A stretch of 63,909 bases of DNA, filler included, from Bigelowiella natans CCMP2755 (taxonomy: Eukaryota; Protista; Cercozoa), in NCBI GenBank assembly GCA_000320545.1. It is 9 parts of 9 records of this genome, joined end to end, with 100 filler letters (N's around TTAATTAATTAA, not from the genome) between each part and the next. Parts side by side here need not be neighbours in the genome. Positions count along the whole stretch, not along the records: positions 25,549 to 45,737 come from ADNK01001037.1; 8 more parts are not named here. The stretch is one strand, 5' to 3'. A model generated the notes under the pieces. The model was not told where the DNA came from. It was given only the letters and a program-made list of their open reading frames with translations, and did not search any database. Positions 29,424 through 38,911 of the stretch are shown in pieces. The position numbers were made by a program, and so were the translations under genes. Position 1 is the first letter of the stretch, and each line of letters starts with the position of its first letter.

Positions 29424-29879
29424 CAATAAAAAAGACCGCGAGCACAGGCAGCGCACGCGGCGAGTCCCACCTTGCTCATATAACTCTCCGGGAAGGCATC
29501 GAAGTGCGGGCGGAAGTATTCCCCCGGGTAGTAGCGGGCCACCTGCGTGTTGCAGCGCACAGATCTCCATTCCCGGTCGCTCATGGGAAACAGCTTCCTG
29601 TGCGTGGGCGGGGGGGGGGGAGGGGGGGGATTGGGGAGATTGGGGAGAACGAGGATTGCACAACGTCAACGGCCATTTCATCACGTCGTGTGAGAGAGGA
29701 GGCTGAGTAGGGAGATTCTTCCCGGCAGATCGGCGTCACACAAGTCACAGAAAAGACGTGTTGTTGTTGTTGTTGTTGTTGTTGTTGCAGAGGGCAAAGG
29801 AGCCGTCGATGGATCTTTTTGGCTTATTAAAATCTAAAAACCGGAAAGTGGATATTCCAAATCTCGCGCGTGTGTTTTG

Positions 29880-29952
<73 letters not shown>

Positions 29953-30917
29953 GTCGTTCGCAAACGCAGGCAGCCTCGATGGATATCACAATCTATACTA
30001 ATTGGTGTCGCTGCTGTTGATGTTAGCAGCGATAACGATGATGATATAATGATGAAGAAGAAGAAGCCACCAACCTGATTTGCGCAGTAAATCGGTCGTA
30101 AATCTCCTTGACTACCGGGATGGCCTGATAGTATTGGAGAATATATCATCGCCACTACTCAATTATCGTCGTCGTTACTTGTTCGTCAACAACGGTGTGA
30201 TACGCATAAATCCGGCGTGGTTTCTTTGCCCCAGCTCCTCGGCTGTGTTGCGATCTACTACTGCACTACTACTACTCCTACTACTACTAATACCCCCACT
30301 ACTACCTGAACCCTTTCGTCCTCCAAGAACAACGAGCTGCTTGTGCGCAGCTGCTCTCCGTCTTGGCCTGGGTGAAGGTGACGATGATGAAGAAGAAGAT
30401 GACGACGATGGAAAATTCGGTTGATGTGTTTGCTTGGATTTTCGGACTGATTGATTCAACCCGCTGCACTCACCAGCGACATCCGCTCCCTCTCCAAAAC
30501 TCCCCTTGACCTGAGGTGGTGGGGGGGGGAGACGACGGATGGATAGGATGGGAAGGGCAGGGGAAGACAATGTCTTGACTAATTCAAACGAATACTGATA
30601 GCGAAGCTCAGGTTACCGTGTGTGTGTGTGTGTGTGTGTGCATGTACGTTTGTACTGTTGTTCGCTTGTATTTTTCGGAAATTGAATGCGTAACGACTTG
30701 CAACTAAGAATAGATTTATTTTGCCCCTAATATCTATTTTCATCATCAATTGTGTTTGATGTTGTTCTGGTTGTTGTTTTTATCATCGTTCGATCGATAC
30801 TTCGGAGGCTTTCAGCAGACCGGACGCCTCCACCTCTCGGACCAGATTGTCGCAGTCTTGTGCGCTCATGAACTGAATAATTGATATTTTGTTATAATGC
30901 ATTCATAACACACACAG

Positions 30918-30981
<64 letters not shown>

Positions 30982-31923
30982 CTATCAGCAAGCATGTGAC
31001 TGGAGAGAGAGATAGTGATAAGAGAGAGAGAGAGAAGGAGGGAGGGGGGCGGGCGGGCTGAAGTGAGACTACTAACATCGTGGGCAAAGAAGACAGGAGG
31101 GTCTCCGTATATTGGCTCCAGAGACGGAAAATCGAGATTTGTATTGATATAGCTTTAAAAGATATGAAAGAGATAAACAGGGGGACGTATGAAAATTTAT
31201 CAAATTCAACCACGAAAATCGAAGCAACAGCTACGAGAAGCAATGATGTTTGCGTATGGAGAGAGTCAAATCACGATTGCTTTTCATATTTTAATTAAGG
31301 AAGCAGACATCCCATGCATGTTGATCTCGCAATAGCTTGTGTTTCAATGTACTTATCCTTGATCAGCAACGCAATGTCTTCCATATCGATATCCTGTATG
31401 CGAATAATAGAAAGAGATGTAACCGATGAATATGTAAAAAAAGATATGCTTGCACTTGCGTGTTCTCCGGCTACTACTTGTTACTGCCACTGAACGAACG
31501 ACCTCGTATTCGCTTGTATAGTAATAATCTGAAAGGCTTCCATCTTCCTCAGTCATTTCTTCACTGCGAGGGGTCACCAGGGAGCGTCTCGGTCGCAGCG
31601 AGAAGGACAGCCCCCCCCCCCGGACTAGTGACTGTCGCCTCCACCGCTCCCCGATGGAGACCATCCTGAGAGAGATAGAGAGATGATCAAGAAAATCTTT
31701 ATAGCTTTGTGAAGCATCATCGAGTGTGCAAGGTGTGGAGCAACAACCCCTTGGAATTCGTTCGGGATGATGCCGGAGAGAGATTGAGAGCGGCTGCTTC
31801 TGGTCCGATCCCCCTTTCGCTTGGTTTGACGCTCCCCCCACAAATCGCGAGCAGGGAACCCGCCGTCACCATAGCAGCAACTAGGATAAACAGGTTTCCA
31901 TCTCTGTCTCGCCGTCGCAGCAT
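28279..31923 (-). CDS. Prolyl-4-hydroxylase-like 2OG-Fe(II) oxygenase, multi-exon, with a hydrophobic N-terminal leader
   Basis: FMSAQDCDNLV; QVARYYPGEYFRPHFDAF (HxD); QRMATVLVYLNEV; GGGTNFPDL; GKALIFFP; TEHEA..VDEKWVAQIW (distal His and 2OG-binding Lys). Start position less certain. Confidence 0.88.
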
Positions 31924-32311
31924 CTTTTGAATTCGAGAGTGAGCCCCTCCCCCTCGTCCGTTCGGCCAACAGAAAGGCGTTCACAGATTGTTGGGTTTTA
32001 TCATTGCGACATGTGGAAATGCTTTACTCAAACCAAAAATCAATGGCATTTTTGTTTATCATTTTTTCAGGAGAATGTATGCATGAAAGCACCCATGAGT
32101 CCTGCCTTGCGACATAATGAATGGTCCATTGCTCGTCGAGTTCGTCTACCTTTCCCGCAATTCGCAAGTCTTTTGTCGCATGAGGTGATCATAGTGAATC
32201 TTATATGTTGCGACAAAAGTTTTCTTCGATTTTATAGAACATTTCGTTAATGGCAGGTATTCGGCGAATTTCATCGGTGAATTTACATCCCAGTCCGACA
32301 AGCGTAACAAC

Positions 32312-33456
32312 ATGAGGTAGCCTCCCCCCCATCTCTCCGAGTTTAGAGCATGTTGGAATGGGAAAGGGTTTGTAATTTGGTGCGCCAGATGGGGTTACAT
32401 CATCTGATGGGTGATGTTTGCCCTTTGATTTGCACGCCCTTCGTAAAAATAGCTCAATTTTTGCTTGCTTTTAATTGATTCAATTCCTTTCACATCTTTC
32501 AGTAAAATCAATCTCGAAACACTCGAGGACGCCCTCAATGAGATCAAGAAACTCTCCGAAGAGAAGAAGAGGAACTTCCTGGAGACCGTAGAGCTTCAGA
32601 TTTCCCTGAAAAACTACGATCCTTCAAAGGACAAGCGCTTCAGCGGGGCTATTGCACTTCCTGCCTGCCCTCGCAAAACCTTTACCGTTTGCCTTATCGG
32701 AAACGAAAAGCACATGGCAGAGGCAAAGGAAATCGGCATTGACTGCCTCAGCGCAGATGAAGCCAAAAAGATGAAGAAGAACAAGAAGCTCGTCAAGAAG
32801 CTCGGTAACTTCTGATGATAGCACATGTTTCATAGGAGAAGGGAAAGCGAGCCTGTTATTAAACAAAAAAAATGGCCTCGAAAATAGCCTTACTGCACCT
32901 ATCCCCTCGTCTATGTCGTTTTGTTTTACGTTTGCCCCTCTTTTCTCGTTACCGCTCTCTCTTCCCTCTTTACACGATCTCTCAAAGATACCTCACTTGC
33001 GAGGATGCTGTCCTACCCTTTTCCCATCCATTATTTCCATTAGTCCATCTCTCTCTTGCTCAACTTCACGCATATTGACACCTTCCTAAATATTATTCAG
33101 CTAAGAAGTACGACGCCTTCATTGCCTCCTCCACACTCATCAAGAAGCTTCCGCGTTTGATGGGCCCCGGCCTCTCAAAGGCCGGAAAGTTCCCAGCTGG
33201 TATCAGCAACACTGAGAACATGCAAACCAAGATAGACGAGCTCAAGTCTACGATCAAGTTCGCTCTCAAGAGCAAGAAGACGATGTGCTTGGGCGTGCCT
33301 GTTGGCCAGGTTAACCTTTCCACGGAAGACCTCCGCATCAACATCGTTATGGCTGTGAACAAGCTTGTCAGCTTGCTCAAGAAGAACTGGCAGAACGTGA
33401 AGAGGCTTTATATCAAGTCTACCATGGGTCCTTCCCACAGGATCTACGGTTTCTAA
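32312..33456 (+). CDS. RPL10A: 60S ribosomal protein L10a (uL1); exons 32312-32316, 32503-32804, 33101-33456
   Basis: MSKI...[28 protein letters not shown]; [11 protein letters not shown]; [21 protein letters not shown]; canonical GT-AG introns. Confidence 0.98.
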
Positions 33457-35039
33457 GCGAAGAAAACATTTGAAATATCATATCGGCATTGTATCTCGAC
33501 TATAAATGGGTTGTCGACGAGATATGCAGTACCTTCGTAAGATCAGGTTTAACGTTGGTGATAATGTACGGTCGCGGCAGCACGTTACGTATGTTTCGTG
33601 TTCTCGGCGCCTCGTTCTTAGTGCTAACAACCCCTTATGTAAGGTAGATTTTGATTCTACTCATGTTACGCTCTCGGATGTAAAAATGGAAAGAAAGAAA
33701 TGACGCTTCTTTAACTCTACATTGACAACATACAAGCATGATACAGCCATAATAGCCCGATACAGTATGTATTACGAATATTGCATCTGCGCGCAGTAGA
33801 GACGGATACACATACATGCATGCATGCGGTGTAGCTTATTTAGCTTGTTCTATAGCTAGTTAATCCTCCTTATATTGGCTTCGTGCGTTATACATCTATA
33901 CATCATGTGCGCGCGCGCAGACATAAGCAAGACAGAGAGCTCTTAGACATGACGTGTAGCAGCACGTGGATTTAGATGATGTATAGATGCAATGCACTGT
34001 AGTCAATTCACAGCATGAACAAACATCTATATAGCCATTAAGGCTCTATAGCGTACGCACGTACAAACATATATGTAGTTTAGTACACATGTTCTTTGTA
34101 GTACATGTTCTATTCTTTGACCCGGTACGCTATATAGCCATTAAGGCTCTATACATCTTGTTGTACATGCGTACGTACGTACGTACGCGTAGACTTGCGA
34201 TATTATCATTGTTGCATGTCTATATATGCGCTGCATGTTCGGCTTTGTGTCGTGCAGCAATGACGATGTCGCATAACGCACGCCGCCTAACTAGGCTAAT
34301 GCTTGCTAGCTTGTGACATGCCATGCTAGAGTGCCCAGCCCATGCTAGCATGCTAGCATGTGATCGATGGCAACAGCTAGCGATGCATATAGAGCGTGCG
34401 CATCACATGTACGTAATGCTAGAATGCGTCGCGATGTACGTGCTACTGGCTATGAACTACAGAGTCTTTGTCATTGTTATTACATCCTTGTATTGATGCA
34501 TTCACGCATGATCATTATCATGTCGATCATTGCATTAATCATGCTTTCATGTTTCTACGCATGCATAGATATCATTGCATCCGGCTGTCCTCATCATAGC
34601 CAGTGTCTGCGTCGTTGCGGTTGGCCGAGTAAAATGAGCTTCCAAACGCACGCTGCATGCTGTACATGTGCCGCCAGCGCACGGCGAGAAATTGAGCGTA
34701 CGCTAGCGATACGCAGCACGCACATGCTACATGTAAATGCTACATGCATACATGTTTTTAGTGGAAGCTATTTTTCAAATATCTGCATTCTTTTTTAAAC
34801 TATACATATTACTTATCAAGCCTTTTCTTTCTCTCCTCTCCGATCCCCGAGCTAGCTACGCTTGCAATGAAAAGCAGTGATCATTAGGAGTTTATGCGTA
34901 CGCACCTAGACGTGCAAAAATTGGAGCAGCGCAGTTTCCTCTCGTCGCGTGATCGCATCAATGTGTGGCGGATATTTATTGTCGTACAAGACGAGTAAAA
35001 ACACGTTCAAGCAGCAGGAATGCTGCCCTGTGTGCGTAA

Positions 35040-35274
35040 GATTACATAACGCTGGACTTCTCTCCCACCCCTTCCTCAGATCCCTCCGCCCCCCTTCCTT
35101 TCACCACCACGGGAAGTGGAGTTCGATTCAAGCATTGGCTGATTTGCGAGACCACCGGCGTCACGCTCAGCAACGACCTGCAAAGCGCGTGCATTAGGAC
35201 GATAACAGAATTCTCGGCCAACCCTTTTTCACAACTCGCGCAGACTGATACCAATTCGAGCAGTTTGAACAACA

Positions 35275-35313
<39 letters not shown>

Positions 35314-35858
35314 CTGCCTATGTTACCCCCACCCCTCCCCCTCCCCCACCCCTCGTCCTCCTCCCTTAAATCTATGTTTATTTCACAAAAAGGTGTCGAG
35401 TCGTAGCGTGAGAAGTCTTTGATGAGTCGTAGAGTTGGTGGTGGTTCTTGTTCATCTTCGTTGTTGTTGTTCTTGCTACCTCCACCGCACACCCTCTAAT
35501 CATTCCGCGCCGAACCATCAATTCCCACGCCTCGCAGGCCAGACACATGTCATTCGTGCCAATGTGAAGAGTGAAGACAAAGGTCAAAACTCCGCCGATT
35601 ACCCATATCCCAATCTGCTCCTACAAACACAGTGGGAGGGGGGGGATGGGGGACAGCAAAGATGTAGCCGTGTTAATCCCCAGACGTTTTAGCTCACATC
35701 ACAGTTATTTTACTTCAATCACAGGCGCGAATGATGACATCAAAAGAGGTGGTAGCAACAAATACCCCGTGAATTGCCAGGATCAACATTGTAGTGGACA
35801 AGACCGAAACTACGGTGTCGGCGAATCTACGTGCCTTGTTCTTCACAAATCTATGAAA

Positions 35859-35890
<32 letters not shown>

Positions 35891-36085
35891 AGGCGGCAGA
35901 AGGCGTTTAACAACCACAACAAGTGCGACGGTGCTATGCAATAGCCAACCTGACAGGGAGAAGCTTGAGCTTGGAGACGTAAGGATCGGTCACGAATAGC
36001 ACGAGGAAGGAGATGGGGTCTAGACGTGGGCCGGCTATTACCCGGAGGATATTCATTGCCGTCCAGATCGCAAGGAGAACGAAGC

Positions 36086-36128
<43 letters not shown>

Positions 36129-38088
36129 CAGCAGTAGCAGAGGAAGTTAGAAGAGAGAGTCGTTTCGGCATCGTCATCACGACAAAGGCTTGATTGACCA
36201 TGATGGCAGCAACCACCCACCCATTGGTGACGACGTTCTCGATGATGCCGGCGAACATGAGGGCCGTGTTTATCATTCGGTGTTGCCTGTTAGTAGGAAG
36301 TAGCACGGTGGTGACAGCAGCAGTCGTCGTGATGACCAAGGAAGCTGGATCTTGCAGCAACACTAGTGGTAGTTTCACAAAGAAACGAACAACAAAGAGA
36401 AAGGAATGGGGAGGGAAAGAGAAGATGACAAACGAGCGCACCTGGCTTGGGAGCCGTCTGTGGGGTTCGGATACGTGAAGAACGATGCTATCGTTGGCGT
36501 CTCTTCCCGATAACAGCACCACAGCGCGAAATGGCGCGCCTCGTCCCAGCATTTCTCAATTGCCACCGTCGTTATAAACCTACGCCGGGCAACATTGCGT
36601 TTGATGAGTGTGGAATCTCGGATTGGATGTGCCGATTGGCTCCGGATGCGAGCGAAGAAAATCGCCGGTGCTTTGGCGCGCGCTGCCGCCATTCTGCTGA
36701 AAGCAGCTCGCCTTACGCATAGGAAGTACATTAGCTGCGTTCTCTACCTAACCATGGGCTCACCTGCGGAAGAGGTCAAGCCGCACTAGTTGATACATCT
36801 CTTCCTCCGCTCTATCAAAGACAGTGTAGGAATACTGCTGATGTGGGCTGTGGAGGCTGGTGAGAGATGAGGCGCTACGGAGCAACAGCGACTTGGTCTC
36901 GTCGTTGTTGGCTGCCGAGAGGAGCTCAGCTGTGCTTTGGTCGTCGCCTCTTTGCAGCGGGTTGATCTTGCTCTCCCCGCGTCGCACTTTGGCTGCAGTA
37001 GCATTTTCATCAATTCAATTCGGATGGCCAATTCAGATCATGCGAGATGAGAGCTGCAGGAGCGGTCGTGCAGACAAAAAAAATGTACCTGCATGCATGC
37101 ATGCTGCTGCTGCTGCTGCTGCTGCTTCTACAAGTGACAATATCACTAATTCTTCTTTTTCATCTACTGCCACAGTTACCACCACCACACCACCACGATT
37201 CACCTACCCCAGGCATCCAGCGTGTGGTTTCTCGTCTTTGCAGAGATATTAATGGGAGACTCAGAATCCTCTAGCACAAATGTGTTGATTATCCGCTCGC
37301 ACTCGGAGAAGAATCTCTTCCCGGTGGGCCGCGTTTTTTTGAAATTATCAACCGCCACGAGGAACAGAAGGTTCTCCTGGTAAACATTTGAAACGGATGG
37401 GGGGTGGGGGAGGGGGATTAAGCTGTCTCAAACAATTATTCGTTGTTTGAGTGTTGAACAAAGAGAACTACAGCTGAAATGCGCACGAGAACGACCTCAT
37501 TTCTCTCGGTTTTGGCGAAGGCCATCAGAGTAGCTCTGTTCAGAGGAGCCTGGAAAGAATTTGCCATCACCTGCTCAAGCGTTACGGTACCCCCCATCAT
37601 GCACGCCTTTCGATTGTCGTCCTTCTCCATGGCCTGCAACAACAGTTGGGTACTACATGCTCACGAAAAGTGCTGGCGGCAAGTCAGCTCGCTGGCTCGT
37701 CTTTGCCATGCGCAGCGACGCATATGTACGATGTAGCACAACGCATGTACATGTAGCTTGAAGATGGTGATTCTGAAGATCTCTCCTAATGCTCTAACCT
37801 AAACACATTTTGGTCCATTATTTCCACCTTGAACATCTGCGCTTGCTTGGAGCGGCGACCAGCCTCAACATCATCTTCAAGGTACTTGCACATGGTGCAG
37901 GCCCCAGCTAATGAAAGGGGCTTTCCCGCTCTCGACGACCCGATAGAAAAGGACGCGTTAGTCCCGTGTGTATGTCCTGTTTGCGTGCTCCCCTCACGCG
38001 TAACGGGCAGTGGTTTGAGCGGCAGGACGGCGCTGCTGCACGAATCGCTCACCCCAATCGCGACAGCTGAGGACTTCTCCATCATCAC
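35040..38088 (-). CDS. RGS-domain protein fused to a DUF4395-like membrane domain, multi-exon
   Basis: RGS: LMAFAKTERNE|ENLLFLVAVDNFK, SPINIS, VFDRAEEEMYQL. Membrane part: FFTYPNPTDGSQAR, LRVIAGPRLDPISFLVLFV, RFADTV, MCLACEAWELM. Both ends approximate. Confidence 0.7.
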
Positions 38089-38534
38089 TTCTGAGCCAAG
38101 CTTCGTCTGAGAGCAAAAACAAGTGGGATGCGCGTGTCATGTTTCGCGAGGAAGCACGAAGTAGTGCCGACTCGGATTGCAGAGATGGGCATCAAGAAGC
38201 AGGGCATTGCTTGTTCGAGGTTTTGGCCGCTTGATGCATTGAGAGGGTTGTCGCAGCGTAAAAAGAGATCACATTCATTGCCTCATCTTTTTTCTTCCTG
38301 CGACAACGGAATGTCGGAAACGGAAATGGAAACAGAAACATCGAGAGCTTTGCACTACCGGTAGACTGATCACTAACTAATGGGATCAAAATTTAGCCCC
38401 AGGGTTCCATCACATCAGTTGATCTTCGGTTAGGATCTCTAGGGATGGACCTCCGTGAAAGGAGATCTTCCGCAGAACTACGAACTAGGGATGGAACGAC
38501 AGAGACCCGGGCAAAGATCAATGACAAAGAAATA

Positions 38535-38860
38535 TGTTGCGCGTAAGGTGTTCACAGGCCGAGGCGCTACGTGCACAAGTAGGCAGGGGGGGGGAAAGGC
38601 ACGTTTGCTTCCTTTTGAAGAGTTGTGTTTATTTTTATTAAAGATTATATTTTTATTAAATCGTGCACTGCGTAATCATTCGCGAAGCTTTCGCGAATGC
38701 CGCCGCACGTGGGGCAGCACACTTCCGGTGTGCTGCCATGAGTCCCGCCGGAACCCACGTGCCTATGCTGTATTAATATCTACGTTATCTATATTCTATA
38801 TCCGCGACAACCCCTTTGTTGTCGCACGTGACTTGTGCCCGCGTAGTGGTACGCGCTACA
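38535..38860 (-). repeat. 3' LTR of copy 2 (326 bp)
   Basis: TGTAG...CAACA in element orientation; AATAAA signals; directly follows the PPT. Confidence 0.95.
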
Positions 38861-38868
38861 CCTCCCCC
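38861..38868 (-). promoter_or_regulatory. Polypurine tract (GGGGGAGG)
   Basis: Purine run abutting the 3' LTR start; same motif at 60127-60134. Confidence 0.85.
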
Positions 38869-38911
38869 AAGTCACGTTGCTCCTTCCTTCCTTCCTTATT
38901 CCCTTAGACCT

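Noticed and set aside
32805-33100. Box C/D snoRNA in an RPL10A intron
   Set aside because: A TGATGA is present but I found no downstream CTGA box or terminal stem.
38705-38762. Hammerhead ribozyme in the LTR three-way junction
   Set aside because: Neither strand has an intact CTGANGA plus GAAA core; only ATGAG and GGAAC look-alikes.
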